A stretch of 64,000 bases of DNA from Ruminococcaceae bacterium UBA1227 (GTDB taxonomy: Bacteria; Bacillota; Clostridia; Oscillospirales; Acutalibacteraceae): NCBI GenBank assembly GCA_002309175.1, contig DBWX01000011.1:18233-82232 (forward strand), in the 5' to 3' direction. Shown here piece after piece: positions 19,765 to 33,114 of this stretch. Position 1 is the stretch's first letter, and every line of letters starts with the position of its first letter. The notes under the pieces were generated by a model. The model saw nothing but the letters and a program-made list of their open reading frames with translations. It made no database searches and was not told where the DNA came from. The position numbers were made by a program, and so were the translations under genes.

Positions 19765-21150
19765 ATGGGAAAGACACAGGTAACAGTCCGCAAACTGAAT
19801 GCGCCGCATCAGACGGAGAGTATGACGAAGTACCTGCCGCTGTCTGATGAACAGGTGGCTGAGATCAAAACTGCCGTAAAAGAGATTTTCGATGCAAACG
19901 GCGGAGCTTCCATGCTTAAAAAGAGCAGGGATGTCTTTATCAAGCCGAACGGTATTGACGGAAAAGCCTACTGCTACACGAGACCCGAGCTCATTGAGGC
20001 GGTAATCGAGTACTGGAAGGCAAACGGCGCCCGTGACATCTATCTTTTTGAAGATTCAACCCAAAGCAACTACACGCGCATAGTTTATGAGGTAACCGGT
20101 TACGCTAAAGTGTGTAAGCGAACCGGCGCAAAACCCGTTTTTCTTGACGAGGGAAAGATGAAGATTCTTGAGTTCAAGGGCCGCGACGACTATATGAACA
20201 ACAAGTTCGCGATGCCGGAGTTTGTCATCAAGAACCTCATCGAAGGCAGGGATGACAATCTCTACATAAGCCTGCCGAAGCTGAAGACACACTCCATGGC
20301 GGGTGTGACACTCGGAGTCAAGAACCAGTGGGCGTTTCCGAAACAGTTTGACCGCAGACCCGATCACAACTACAACCTGCCGTATAAACTTATTGACGTC
20401 CTTTCATACGTGAGACCTGATTTTACTATAATCGAGGGCGTGGAAGGCACTATCTACGGCCACTATCCCGTAACATCACTGGCAGACAAATGTGTCCTGC
20501 CTCTCGGCGTGCTTGTCGCGGGCAAAAATGTTGTTGCGACGGACATGGTGGGAGCCGCAATATTCGGTCTGGGTCTTGAGGATGTTCCTCATCTTAAACT
20601 TGCTGTTGAGAAGGGCTATTCCGAAGGTGTGACGTCTCTTGACGACATTGATATTATCGGTGACATGTCACCTTATACGACCAAGTATCCGACGGATCTC
20701 TATGACGCCTTCCCGGACGATGTAAAAATCATCGAAGGAAAGACCATGACATGCAAGGAGGGCTGCAAGAATAACCCGCTGACCCTGCTTCAGGTAATGT
20801 ACAATGACTTCGGAGGAAAAGGCGGCTGGACAATGGTTATCGGCAAGGGCCATGACACTGCCGAGATAGATGCCATAAAGGGAAAGGTTCTCGTAGTCGG
20901 CCACTGTGCCATTGAAGAGGTCGGTGACAGGCTCGTGGAGCGGCTCGGAAAGAAGAATGTCTTCTTCAGCGGAGAGTGTAATGACCTCGCCGCATCCGCA
21001 GCGGCCATGTTCTACCTCATGAAGGTCAATCCGCTGGTCTTTGTACCCGTTCCGACACTCACTTCGCTTCGCTGTCTTGCGCTCGCGAAACTTCACGGAA
21101 CAACGGCAAACGTGCCGTCAATTCTTTCAAACAGAATAAAGACCGTTTAA
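19765..21150 (+). CDS. DUF362 domain-containing protein
   Basis: VFIKPNG and the following pattern are typical of DUF362. 12 nt after ligA, with a GGAGGA RBS. Confidence 0.55.
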   Translation: MGKTQVTVRKLNAPHQTESMTKYLPLSDEQVAEIKTAVKEIFDANGGASMLKKSRDVFIKPNGIDGKAYCYTRPELIEAVIEYWKANGARDIYLFEDSTQSNYTRIVYEVTGYAKVCKRTGAKPVFLDEGKMKILEFKGRDDYMNNKFAMPEFVIKNLIEGRDDNLYISLPKLKTHSMAGVTLGVKNQWAFPKQFDRRPDHNYNLPYKLIDVLSYVRPDFTIIEGVEGTIYGHYPVTSLADKCVLPLGVLVAGKNVVATDMVGAAIFGLGLEDVPHLKLAVEKGYSEGVTSLDDIDIIGDMSPYTTKYPTDLYDAFPDDVKIIEGKTMTCKEGCKNNPLTLLQVMYNDFGGKGGWTMVIGKGHDTAEIDAIKGKVLVVGHCAIEEVGDRLVERLGKKNVFFSGECNDLAASAAAMFYLMKVNPLVFVPVPTLTSLRCLALAKLHGTTANVPSILSNRIKTV

Positions 21151-21157
21151 GACAAAA

Positions 21158-21197
21158 TAAAAACCGCTCATCGGGAAACCGATGAGCGGTTGTTTTT
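21158..21197. terminator. Bidirectional Rho-independent terminator
   Basis: AAAAACCGCTCATCGG-GAAA-CCGATGAGCGGTTGTTTTT between convergent genes. Confidence 0.75.
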
Positions 21198-21201
21198 ATG
21201 T

Positions 21202-22437
21202 TCAGATGTCGATTTTCATCTGTGCGCCGGCCTTGTTTTCGCGCTGTGCGTTGTGCTTCTCGAGGAGGTTGTGGATTTTCTCCTGGGGATTTAAAAGGCC
21301 GGAGATGGAAATGTCGTGGTTGATTGTGTCGATGATAAGAGCAATGTACTTGGACATCTCAACTTCGGTGTACCACTCGCGTTCCTTGAGTTCGGGGGTC
21401 CTGTAGACGAGGTTTGTTGTCAGGACCTTCTCTATGTTGCCGCGTCTGTGGGCTTCATCGAAAATGTCGAGGCCGTTGCAGAAAAGGCCGAAGCAGGTGC
21501 AGACATAGATACGGTTTGCGCCGAGGCCTTTAAGCTTTTCTGCAACCTCAAGCATCGACTCGCCTGAGGAGATCATATCGTCGACGACGATTATGTCCTT
21601 GCCCGCGACGTTCGTGCCCAGAAATTCGTGGGCAAGAATCGGGTTGCGTCCGTCGACGATTCTTGTGTAGTCGCGGCGCTTGTAGAACATGCCGAGTTCA
21701 ACACCGAGTACTGTCGCATAGTGGATGGCACGGCCCATACCGCCTTCATCCGGGGATACGACCATCATGTTCTCGGGGTCGAAGTTTATGTCGGGTGAGC
21801 TCTTTATGAGAGCCTTGATCATCTGGTAAATGGGGGAGATGTTTTCAAAACCGTTTATGGGGATGGAGTTCTGTACTCTCGGGTCATGCGCGTCGAAGGT
21901 GATGATACTGTCAACGCCCATTGAGACGAGTTCCTGAAGTGCCATTGCGCAGTCGAGGGACTCACGGGATGCGCGCTTGTGCTGTCTGCCCTCGTAGAGC
22001 ATGGGCATTACAACGGTTATGCGGTGAGCCTTGCCGCCGATTGCATTTATTACGCGTTTCAGGTTGGCAAAGTGGTCGTCCGGGCTCATCGGTACGTCCA
22101 TGCCGTACATCTTGTAGGTGACACCGTAGTTGAAAACGTCAACGAGAATGAAGATGTCATAACCGCGCACCGTGTGGTTGATAACGGCCTTGCTTTCGCC
22201 TGAACCGAAGCGGGGACATGCATAGTTGATGAGGTATGAATCCTCGGCATAGCCTTCAATGTTGAGCGGCGAGTTTTTCATCGTGAGGTTTTCGGAACGC
22301 CATTTTACGATGTAGCTGTCGATTTTCGCAGCGAGCTCTTCGCATCCGGGAAGAGCAATAATTCCGAGTTTTCCGTAGGGAATTTTGGTAAATTCCGAGC
22401 TTTCAGGCAGGTCGAAAGCGGAAACATCGTTTATCAT
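21202..22437 (-). CDS. prs: Ribose-phosphate pyrophosphokinase (long form, 411 aa)
   Basis: DAHDPRVQN and VVDDMISSGESM (PRPP-binding loop). About 90 aa longer than classical Prs. Confidence 0.75.
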   Translation of the reverse strand: MINDVSAFDLPESSEFTKIPYGKLGIIALPGCEELAAKIDSYIVKWRSENLTMKNSPLNIEGYAEDSYLINYACPRFGSGESKAVINHTVRGYDIFILVDVFNYGVTYKMYGMDVPMSPDDHFANLKRVINAIGGKAHRITVVMPMLYEGRQHKRASRESLDCAMALQELVSMGVDSIITFDAHDPRVQNSIPINGFENISPIYQMIKALIKSSPDINFDPENMMVVSPDEGGMGRAIHYATVLGVELGMFYKRRDYTRIVDGRNPILAHEFLGTNVAGKDIIVVDDMISSGESMLEVAEKLKGLGANRIYVCTCFGLFCNGLDIFDEAHRRGNIEKVLTTNLVYRTPELKEREWYTEVEMSKYIALIIDTINHDISISGLLNPQEKIHNLLEKHNAQRENKAGAQMKIDI

Positions 22438-22619
22438 AAGTAATCTAACCCCCGTCTATTTTTTAACAAACAATTATACACAAAGATTTTAACATAACTT
22501 ACAGAAGGTGACAACGGAAAAAAGCAACAAAAAAAACAGGTTTGAGAGCGAAAAAATATGCAATTCAAAATACGTCAAAAAGATAACAAGGAATTGGCCT
22601 TTTTTTGCCCTTCACTTTG

Positions 22620-22648
22620 TTGAATTAGCCAAAATTTGTTGTTATAAT
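22620..22648 (+). promoter_or_regulatory. sigma-A-like promoter of V-ATPase operon
   Basis: TTGAAT (22620-22625), 17-nt spacer, TATAAT (22643-22648). Confidence 0.5.
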
Positions 22649-22717
22649 ATCTAAGTTAATACATGCGTGTATATTATTGCGCGCAAAACTTATTAAAAGA
22701 AAGGGTGATATGGAGGA

Positions 22718-23029
22718 ATGGCTTCAGAAATGATTAACAGGGTCCTTGACGCAGAGAAAACGGCTGCCGACAAGGAGACGGCCGCACGCGCAAAGGCTGC
22801 TGACATAGTAAAGGCTGCGGAAGCGGAGGCCAAGGCTGCTGCTGAAGCCGGAAAGGTTGCTGCAGCAAAGGAGAAAGAGCAGATTATCGCTCAGGCACAG
22901 AAGAAGGCAGATGAAATCTATGCCGACGCGCATGCTCAGGCTGTTCAGAAGAACGAAGCTCTCATCAAGAAGAGCGAGGAGAAGATGGACGAGTCTATCG
23001 CAGCCGTAATTAAGCACATTATCCCATAA
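22718..23029 (+). CDS. V/A-type ATPase peripheral-stalk subunit (G/H-like; E. hirae NtpF position)
   Basis: 103 aa, Ala/Lys/Glu-rich, predicted single long helix. First gene of the operon. Confidence 0.55.
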   Translation: MASEMINRVLDAEKTAADKETAARAKAADIVKAAEAEAKAAAEAGKVAAAKEKEQIIAQAQKKADEIYADAHAQAVQKNEALIKKSEEKMDESIAAVIKHIIP

Positions 23030-23071
23030 ACGCATTGGGAGACATTTTTTAAGTAAGGAGGTGTATCTTGA

Positions 23072-25632
<2,561 letters not shown>

Positions 25633-25678
25633 TTATACACAGTTGACTTTTAACAATCGTTGATTAGGAGGTTTATTA

Positions 25679-26269
25679 ATGGCAGGGTTAGATAAAATCA
25701 TTGAAAGAATTGCACAAGACTCTGCTGCAAAATGTGACGGTATCATCTTCGATGCTCAGTCTGAAGCCGCGAAGATAAAGGATGCCGCTGCACAGATGGC
25801 CGAAAATGACAAGGCGGCGACCATAGAAGCTGCCAACAAGGAAGCGAAAGCCCTTGTTGACATGGCTGAGTCGGGCGCCGAACTCGAAGGCAAGAAACTT
25901 CTTCTCGCCACAAGAGTTGAAATCATTGAGAAGGCCATTGACGTAGCCTCCAAAAAATTGGGTTCAATGCCCGATGATGAGTATTTTGCAGCACTCTATG
26001 CTCTCGTAAAGAAATATGCGCAGAGCGGAGAGGGTACGATGCTTCTTTCAGAGAGAGACCTGGGACGTCTTCCCAAGGACTTTGAAAAGAAAATCAATGC
26101 CGACCTTGAAAAGGGCAACAAGATTGTCGTCTCCAAGGATCCGGCGAATATCTCTGACGGCTTTATTCTCGTTTACGGAGATATTGAAATCAACTGCAGC
26201 TTTGAGGCTCTCATTGAAGATTCAAGAGATGCCATCAAAGATGAACTCAACAGCATAATTTTTGCCTAA
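25679..26269 (+). CDS. ntpE: V/A-type ATPase subunit E
   Basis: 196 aa. N-terminal long charged helix plus a C-terminal globular domain. Operon position. Confidence 0.8.
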   Translation: MAGLDKIIERIAQDSAAKCDGIIFDAQSEAAKIKDAAAQMAENDKAATIEAANKEAKALVDMAESGAELEGKKLLLATRVEIIEKAIDVASKKLGSMPDDEYFAALYALVKKYAQSGEGTMLLSERDLGRLPKDFEKKINADLEKGNKIVVSKDPANISDGFILVYGDIEINCSFEALIEDSRDAIKDELNSIIFA

Positions 26270-26299
26270 ATCACATTATTGCAAAAGGAGGACGCGAGT

Positions 26300-27274
26300 A
26301 TGAATCGCGAATATGATTACACTTATGCAGTAGCGCGTGTGAGGGCAAATGAGCTGTCACTTTTAAGTGCGGCCGACATAGAGCAGCTTATTGTTGCCGG
26401 TGATTACAAGACCACCATGCACAAGCTCTCCGACTCCGGCTGGGGCGAGATAAAGGACATCTACGACTATGCGGGTTATCTCGAAAATTACTTCGCAAAG
26501 ACGTGGAACTTCCTCGTAGAGATCATGGGCGATATCCATGAACTCGATCTGCTTCTCATCAAGAATGACATGCAGAACCTCAAAGCGGCACTTAAGAGTA
26601 TTGTATCTCGGCATGACGCGAAAGATTTATACGTCCAGTCCACTGTGTATGACACACAGGAAATCGTAAAGGCAGTCGATGAGCGTTCATTCAAAGATCT
26701 GCCGGACTTCATGCAGAAGCCCGCAGAGGAGGCATATGAAGTGCTTACCGCGACCGCAAACGGTCAGCTCGCGGACGCTATAATCGACAAGGCCACACTT
26801 GAGAGAATCAAGTATCTCGGCGTGAAGTCCGGCAGCCCGGTTCTCGCGGAACTCGCAGAGCGTATGTGCGCAACAGCGAACATAAAGATCGCTCTCCGCT
26901 GCGCGAATACCGGCAAGTCCAAGGACTTTGTTGAGCGTTCTCTCTGTGAATGTGACACCATTGCAAAACACAAACTCGTAGAGACCTCTCTCGAGGGCGT
27001 GGACGCGGTTTTGAACTATCTCAATGATACTTCCTATGCCGTAGCAGGCGAGAAGTTCAAAGAGAGCACATCCGTGTTTGAAAAGTGGTGCGACGACATT
27101 CTCATGGAATGCGTAAACGAGGCTCGTTACACGGCTTTCGGCATTGACCCGATAGTTGCTTACTACGTAGCCCGTGACGCAGAGATCAAAACAGTTCGTA
27201 TAATTCTTTCAGCCAAGATTAACAATCTTCCCGCAGATGTTATCAGAGAGAGGGTGAGAGCGCTTTATGTATAA
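26300..27274 (+). CDS. ntpC: V/A-type ATPase subunit C (d-subunit)
   Basis: About 324 aa, helical. AAGGAGG RBS before the ATG at 26300 (MNREYDY). Confidence 0.8.
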   Translation: MNREYDYTYAVARVRANELSLLSAADIEQLIVAGDYKTTMHKLSDSGWGEIKDIYDYAGYLENYFAKTWNFLVEIMGDIHELDLLLIKNDMQNLKAALKSIVSRHDAKDLYVQSTVYDTQEIVKAVDERSFKDLPDFMQKPAEEAYEVLTATANGQLADAIIDKATLERIKYLGVKSGSPVLAELAERMCATANIKIALRCANTGKSKDFVERSLCECDTIAKHKLVETSLEGVDAVLNYLNDTSYAVAGEKFKESTSVFEKWCDDILMECVNEARYTAFGIDPIVAYYVARDAEIKTVRIILSAKINNLPADVIRERVRALYV

Positions 27275-27584
27275 AATTGCTGCAATAGGCGAGAAGTCAA
27301 GCATCTACGGCTTTGCTTCAATAGGCCTTGAAATCTATCCCATCGAAGAGCCGCAGGCTGCCATTCATCAGATCAGAAGAATGGTCGAAGGCGGATATGC
27401 AGTTATTTTCATCACTGAAGAACTTGCAACTTCGATAGAAAGCGAACTCGACCGTTATCGTGAATTGCCCACACCGGCAATCATTCCCATTCCGGGCATC
27501 CAGGGAAATACAGGTCTTGGTATGAGAAACGTCAGCAAGTCTGTTGAACAGGCAGTTGGCTCAGATATACTTTCAGACGCGTAA
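27267..27584 (+). CDS. ntpG: V/A-type ATPase subunit F
   Basis: 105 aa. MYKIAAIGEKSSIYGF...VIFITE pattern. Overlaps the subunit C stop. Confidence 0.8.
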   Translation: MYKIAAIGEKSSIYGFASIGLEIYPIEEPQAAIHQIRRMVEGGYAVIFITEELATSIESELDRYRELPTPAIIPIPGIQGNTGLGMRNVSKSVEQAVGSDILSDA

Positions 27585-27633
27585 CGCGTATTTCAAAATT
27601 CAGCCGTAAACAGAAAGGGCAAGTGATAGAATT

Positions 27634-29397
27634 ATGAGTAAAGGTACTATTACCAAAGTCTCCGGCCCGCTTGTTATTGCCGATGGCATGCGCGACGCAA
27701 ACATGTACGACGTTGTACGTGTAAGTGACGAGAGACTTATTGGTGAAATAATTGAAATGCACGAAGACCGTGCTTCTATCCAGGTTTACGAGGAGACTTC
27801 AGGTCTCGGAACAGGCACAGCCGTTGAATCAACAGGTGAGCCTCTTTCCGTTGAACTCGGTCCTGGACTTATTACAACAATCTACGACGGTATTCAGAGA
27901 CCCCTTGAGAGCATCATGGCTCAGACAGGCAACAACTTAAAGAGAGGTATTGAAGTTCCGTCACTCAACCGTGAGAAGAAATGGCACTTCGTACCGAAGG
28001 TTGCCGAAGGCGACACGGTTGTACCCGGTGATATCATCGGTACCGTTCAGGAGACAGAGGTTGTTGAACACAGAATTATGGTTCCGCCCCGCTCAAAGGG
28101 TGGCGTAATTAAATCGATCAAGGAAGGCGACTTCACAGTCACAGAGACAGTCGCGGTTCTTGATAACGGCGAAGAGATCCAGCTTATGCAGAAGTGGCCC
28201 GTACGTGTAGGCCGCCCCTATGCAAGAAAGCTCGACCCGACTATCCCTCTTGTAACCGGTCAGCGTGTTGTTGACGCGCTCTTCCCGCTTGCAAAGGGCG
28301 GTTGTGCAGCCATCCCCGGACCTTTCGGTTCAGGTAAGACAGTTACACAGCACCAGCTCGCAAAATGGGCTGACGCCGAGATCGTTGTTTACATCGGTTG
28401 CGGCGAGCGCGGTAACGAGATGACAGACGTTCTTCTTGAGTTCCCCGAACTTATCGACCCTCATACCGGTAAGTCACTCATGGAGCGTACCGTTCTTATC
28501 GCAAACACATCGGATATGCCTGTTGCTGCCCGTGAGGCATCAGTTTACACAGGTATCACAATAGCTGAGTACTTCCGTGATATGGGTTACTCAGTAGCCC
28601 TCATGGCTGACTCCACATCCCGTTGGGCAGAGGCCCTTCGTGAGATGTCCGGTCGTCTTGAGGAAATGCCCGGTGAAGAAGGTTACCCGGCATACCTCGG
28701 TTCCCGTATCGCTCAGTTCTATGAGCGTGCAGGTCGTGTTATCTCCCTCGGTTCAGACGAGCGCGAAGGTGCCCTCTCGGCAATCGGCGCCGTATCCCCT
28801 CCGGGCGGTGATATTTCCGAGCCCGTATCCCAGGCTACTCTTCGTATCGTTAAGGTTTACTGGGGTCTTGATGCAGCTCTCGCATACAAGAGACACTTCC
28901 CGGCCATCAACTGGCTGACATCTTATTCGCTCTATGCGGACAAGCTCGGTAAGTGGTTCAACGCCGAAGTTGCAGAAGACTGGACAGCACTTCGTACCAA
29001 GATGATGACACTCCTCTCAGAGGAAGCAGAACTCGACGAAATCGTTAAGATGGTTGGTATGGATGCTCTTTCAGATCCTGACCGTCTTAAGATGGAAGCA
29101 GCCCGCTCTATCCGTGAGGACTTCCTTCATCAGGTAGCTTTCGACCCGGTTGACACTTACTCTTCACCCAAGAAGATGCACTACATGATGACACTCGTCG
29201 TAAACTTCTACGAGCGCTCAGCTGACGCACTTTCAAAGGGTGCCTCAATCAAAGACATCATCGACCTTCCCGTACGTGAAGCCATCGGTCGTTTCAAGTA
29301 CATCAAGGAAGAGGAGATAGATGCAGAATTCGAGAAGATCGATGCTCGTCTCAACTCCGAGCTTGCCGATGCTCTCAATAAGGAGGAGGACTATTAA
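27634..29397 (+). CDS. ntpA: V/A-type ATPase catalytic subunit A
   Basis: Walker A GPFGSGKT. 587 aa, with the non-homologous insert typical of A subunits. Confidence 0.95.
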   Translation: MSKGTITKVSGPLVIADGMRDANMYDVVRVSDERLIGEIIEMHEDRASIQVYEETSGLGTGTAVESTGEPLSVELGPGLITTIYDGIQRPLESIMAQTGNNLKRGIEVPSLNREKKWHFVPKVAEGDTVVPGDIIGTVQETEVVEHRIMVPPRSKGGVIKSIKEGDFTVTETVAVLDNGEEIQLMQKWPVRVGRPYARKLDPTIPLVTGQRVVDALFPLAKGGCAAIPGPFGSGKTVTQHQLAKWADAEIVVYIGCGERGNEMTDVLLEFPELIDPHTGKSLMERTVLIANTSDMPVAAREASVYTGITIAEYFRDMGYSVALMADSTSRWAEALREMSGRLEEMPGEEGYPAYLGSRIAQFYERAGRVISLGSDEREGALSAIGAVSPPGGDISEPVSQATLRIVKVYWGLDAALAYKRHFPAINWLTSYSLYADKLGKWFNAEVAEDWTALRTKMMTLLSEEAELDEIVKMVGMDALSDPDRLKMEAARSIREDFLHQVAFDPVDTYSSPKKMHYMMTLVVNFYERSADALSKGASIKDIIDLPVREAIGRFKYIKEEEIDAEFEKIDARLNSELADALNKEEDY

Positions 29398-30770
29398 TGC
29401 CAAAAGAGTATAGAACCATACAAGAGGTAGCAGGTCCTCTTATGATCGTTCGTGATGTAGAAAACGTCACATACAACGAACTTGGCGAAATAGAGCTTGC
29501 AAACGGCGACAAGCGCCGCTGCAGAGTTCTTGAAGTTGACGGCTCCAACGCAGTTGTACAGCTTTTCGAGAGCTCAACAGGTATCAACCTCTCCGACTCC
29601 AAGGTTCGTTTCTCAGGACGTCAGATGGAAATCGGTGTTTCCACCGACATGCTCGGCCGTGTATTTGACGGTCTCGGCAACCCCATCGACGGCGGTCCCG
29701 AAATCATCCCCGATAAAAGACTTGACGTAAACGGCGCTCCCATGAACCCTGCAGCCCGTGCGTTCCCGTCTGAGTTCATTCAGACAGGCGTTTCCGCCAT
29801 CGACGGTCTTAACACCCTCGTCCGCGGACAGAAGCTCCCCATCTTCTCAGGTTCGGGTCTTCCGCACGCTGAGCTCGCTGCTCAGATCGCCCGTCAGGCA
29901 AAGGTACGCGGCAAGGACGAGCAGTTCGCCGTTGTATTCGCCGCTCTCGGTATCACTTTCGAGGAGCAGAACTTCTTCGTAGAGTCCTTCCGTGAGACAG
30001 GCGCCATCGACAGAACAGTCATGTTCTCCAACCTCGCAAACGACCCCGCTGTTGAGCGTATAGCCACTCCCAAGATGGCTCTTACAACAGCTGAGTATCT
30101 CGCTTTCGAGAAGGGCATGCACGTTCTCGTCATCATGACAGATATCACAAACTATGCTGATGCTCTTCGTGAGATTTCAGCAGCCCGTAAGGAAGTTCCG
30201 GGCCGTCGTGGTTATCCGGGTTACCTCTACACCGACCTCGCTACAATGTATGAGCGTGCCGGTCGTCAGAAGGGTAAGGATGGTTCCATCACCATGATTC
30301 CCATCCTTTCAATGCCTGAGGATGATAAGACTCACCCGATTCCCGACCTTACAGGATACATCACAGAGGGCCAGATTATGCTCTCCCGTGACCTTGACCG
30401 CCGCGGTATTCAGCCTCCGGTAGACGTACTGCCTTCGCTTTCACGTCTTAAGGATAAGGGTACCGGCGAAGGAAAGACACGTAAGGACCACTCCAACACA
30501 ATGAACCAGCTGTTCGCTGCTTACTCACGCGGTAAGGACGCCAAGGAACTTATGACGATCCTCGGTGAGGCAGCTCTGACTGAGATTGACCTTCTCTATG
30601 CTAAGTTCGCCGATGAGTTTGAGAAGCGTTATGTCTCCCAGGGCTATCAGACGAACCGCTCCATTGAAGAGACTCTTGACCTCGGTTGGGAACTCCTTCG
30701 TATTCTTCCGCGTGCGGAACTCAAACGTATCTCCGATGCATTACTCGATGAGTACTATGACAAAAAGTAA
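29397..30770 (+). CDS. ntpB: V/A-type ATPase subunit B
   Basis: 457 aa. [15 protein letters not shown] motif. The start overlaps the A-subunit stop. Confidence 0.95.
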   Translation: MPKEYRTIQEVAGPLMIVRDVENVTYNELGEIELANGDKRRCRVLEVDGSNAVVQLFESSTGINLSDSKVRFSGRQMEIGVSTDMLGRVFDGLGNPIDGGPEIIPDKRLDVNGAPMNPAARAFPSEFIQTGVSAIDGLNTLVRGQKLPIFSGSGLPHAELAAQIARQAKVRGKDEQFAVVFAALGITFEEQNFFVESFRETGAIDRTVMFSNLANDPAVERIATPKMALTTAEYLAFEKGMHVLVIMTDITNYADALREISAARKEVPGRRGYPGYLYTDLATMYERAGRQKGKDGSITMIPILSMPEDDKTHPIPDLTGYITEGQIMLSRDLDRRGIQPPVDVLPSLSRLKDKGTGEGKTRKDHSNTMNQLFAAYSRGKDAKELMTILGEAALTEIDLLYAKFADEFEKRYVSQGYQTNRSIEETLDLGWELLRILPRAELKRISDALLDEYYDKK

Positions 30771-30785
30771 AGTAGGTGAAGCCTT

Positions 30786-31448
30786 GTGGCAAGACTCAAT
30801 GTAAACCCTACCCGCATGGAGCTCACCAACATAAAGAACAAGCTTAAGACGGCGCGAAAGGGCCATAAGCTTCTCAAGGACAAGAGAGATGAACTCATGC
30901 GTCAGTTCATCGAACTGGTCCGCGAGAACAAGGAAATCCGTCGCGAAGTCGAAAAGGGCATCCAGGCCGCAAACGCCCATATGGCGGTTGCCCGTTCGGT
31001 AATGTCCGATGAAGCTTTAAATGTTGCGCTTATGCTTCCCATGCAGGAGATGAGCCTTGAGATAACCGAAAAGAATGTCATGAGCGTTATGATTCCCGTC
31101 TTTGAAACAAAGTTCAAGACTGCGGATGAGAACGATATCTACTCATACGGTTATGCATTCACTTCAAGTGATCTGGATGACGCTGTTAAGGCATTATCCG
31201 ACATCATGCCTAAAATGCTGAGACTCGCTGAGGTCGAGAAATCCTGCCAGCTCATGGCTGCCGAGATTGAAAAGACCAGACGCCGTGTTAACGCGCTCGA
31301 GCATGTACTTATTCCTCAGTATGAGGAGACAATCAAGTACATCCGTATGAAACTTGATGAGAACGACCGTGCGACCACGACACGACTCATGAAGGTCAAG
31401 GATATGATGCTTGAAGAGGCTCATCACTACAGCGAAAAAGAGGCTTAA
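30786..31448 (+). CDS. ntpD: V/A-type ATPase subunit D
   Basis: MARLNVNPTRMEL...LLKDKRDEL central-stalk coiled coil. GTG start. Confidence 0.9.
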   Translation: MARLNVNPTRMELTNIKNKLKTARKGHKLLKDKRDELMRQFIELVRENKEIRREVEKGIQAANAHMAVARSVMSDEALNVALMLPMQEMSLEITEKNVMSVMIPVFETKFKTADENDIYSYGYAFTSSDLDDAVKALSDIMPKMLRLAEVEKSCQLMAAEIEKTRRRVNALEHVLIPQYEETIKYIRMKLDENDRATTTRLMKVKDMMLEEAHHYSEKEA

Positions 31449-31470
31449 GGCCGAAATCGCAAAATAAATC

Positions 31471-31496
31471 GGCCCCCTTGAACAAGGGGGCCTTTT
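31471..31496 (+). terminator. Rho-independent terminator of V-ATPase operon
   Basis: GGCCCCCTT-GAAC-AAGGGGGCC followed by TTTT. Confidence 0.7.
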
Positions 31497-31510
31497 ATTA
31501 TGCACTTTGC

Positions 31511-31538
31511 TTGACTTTTATGTGCAAGAGTGTAAAAT
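31511..31538 (+). promoter_or_regulatory. sigma-A-like promoter of MarR/OhrR operon
   Basis: TTGACT (31511-31516), 16-nt spacer, TAAAAT (31533-31538). Confidence 0.5.
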
Positions 31539-31557
31539 ACTATTTATATAAATTGAA

Positions 31558-31571
31558 TACAATTTATTGTA
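31558..31571 (+). promoter_or_regulatory. OhrR-type operator palindrome TACAAT-TT-ATTGTA
   Basis: Perfect inverted repeat 20 nt downstream of the -10. It matches the TACAATT-AATTGTA core I recall for B. subtilis OhrR. Confidence 0.45.
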
Positions 31572-31620
31572 ATTCCAAATTAATATTTAATCGATAAAAG
31601 ACTTATACGGGGGATATGAC

Positions 31621-32169
31621 ATGGCACAGGAAAAACTGAAAGACAAAGCTATGGAGGCTTTTGCCGAAGAGGAGCTTTTAAAGCTCGACAACCAGCTTTG
31701 TTTTGCTCTTTATGTATGCTCAAAAGAGGTTATAAAGCGCTATAAACCCTTGCTTGAACCCTTTGGTCTCACATATACCGGCTACATCACCATGATGGCT
31801 CTCTGGGACAAGGACAATGTCAATGTCAAGGAACTCGGTGCCCGTCTCTTCCTGGATTCGGGTACACTTACCCCTTTGCTCAAAAAGCTTGAGGCACAGG
31901 AGTATATTGAAAGAACACGTGATCCCGAAGATGAAAGAAATATCATCGTCACCCTGACCGAAAAGGGCAGGAACCTAAAAGGAAAAATAAGCTGTGTCCC
32001 GATGCAGATGCTTGACGACATGGAGATGGGAAGCATAAAGGCAGTTGTGCTCATGAAGACCCTTCGCCAGCTTATGGACGAGTTTAAGGATGAGGATTAT
32101 CCCGAAGACGCAAAAAAGCCCGCAGGAAAGAAAAAGGCATCCGGCGAGCGCTATTTCTGGTGCTGGTAA
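31621..32169 (+). CDS. MarR-family regulator, OhrR-like (1-Cys type) with extended basic C-terminal tail
   Basis: LDNQLCFALY redox cysteine motif and wHTH (VKELGARLFLDSGTLTPLLKKLE). About 40 extra C-terminal residues. Confidence 0.8.
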   Translation: MAQEKLKDKAMEAFAEEELLKLDNQLCFALYVCSKEVIKRYKPLLEPFGLTYTGYITMMALWDKDNVNVKELGARLFLDSGTLTPLLKKLEAQEYIERTRDPEDERNIIVTLTEKGRNLKGKISCVPMQMLDDMEMGSIKAVVLMKTLRQLMDEFKDEDYPEDAKKPAGKKKASGERYFWCW

Positions 32170-32175
32170 TATAAT

Positions 32176-33114
32176 ATGAAATACATTATTATTGCCCTCT
32201 CTGCCGCTGCACTCATCTACACTGTCCTCATGATAGTGTTCGGCTACAGGAGAACAAAGAAGTTCTTCAATGGTAAAGTAACGACGAATTACCATACCCA
32301 TACGACCTTCTGTGACGGAAAAAATACGCCCGAGGAATATGTTCTTAAAGCTATCGACTCGGGAATGACCGTCCTGGGTTTTTCAGCCCATTCACACCTT
32401 CCGACAGAACCCGAATGGACCCTGTCGAAAGAGGGGGAGGAAGACTACAGAAAAACCATCCTTGAACTTAAGGAAAAGTATAAGGACAAAATTGACATCC
32501 GCCTCGGAATAGAGCAGGACTACTGGTCAGACACAAGTGACCTCAAAGCCTATGACTACGTCATCGGTGCGGTTCACTCCGTTAACGGGGATGACACGAC
32601 ATGGTCCTCAATTGACTACACTCATGAGAACTTTCTCTACGGTGTTGAGCACTACTTTAACAATGACAGAATAGCTGCCGCAGAGCGCTATTTCGAACTT
32701 GTTTCCGACCTCTATGACAAAACAAAATGTGACATAATCGCTCACTTCGATCTCATCACGATTTTCAATGAAAAAGAAATTGAAGAGACAGGCAAGCCCT
32801 TCGTTGACTCAGAGGATCCCCGCTTCATTGCGGCCGAGCGTAAGGCTCTCGAAAGACTTGCAAAAACGCCTGTCATCTTCGAAATCAACACCGGCGGCAT
32901 GTCACGCGGCCGCATGACCCACCCGTACCCTTCGGACCGCGTTTTAGAGTTACTCGGCGAGCGTCAGATCCCGGTAATTCTCTCCTCTGATGCCCACAAA
33001 ACCGAAGACCTCACCTACGGCTTTGACGAGTCCCTCAGACTCGTTGAGAAATACAACCTCAACCTCATCACCGACTATAAAGATGTCAGAAACCGACAGG
33101 AGGAATCCAAATGA
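32176..33114 (+). CDS. PHP-domain phosphoesterase, HisJ (histidinol-phosphatase) family, with N-terminal TM anchor
   Basis: NYHTHTTFCDG, GFSAHS and SSDAH metal motifs. The N-terminus IIIALSAAALIYTVLMIVFGY is hydrophobic. Confidence 0.75.
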   Translation: MKYIIIALSAAALIYTVLMIVFGYRRTKKFFNGKVTTNYHTHTTFCDGKNTPEEYVLKAIDSGMTVLGFSAHSHLPTEPEWTLSKEGEEDYRKTILELKEKYKDKIDIRLGIEQDYWSDTSDLKAYDYVIGAVHSVNGDDTTWSSIDYTHENFLYGVEHYFNNDRIAAAERYFELVSDLYDKTKCDIIAHFDLITIFNEKEIEETGKPFVDSEDPRFIAAERKALERLAKTPVIFEINTGGMSRGRMTHPYPSDRVLELLGERQIPVILSSDAHKTEDLTYGFDESLRLVEKYNLNLITDYKDVRNRQEESK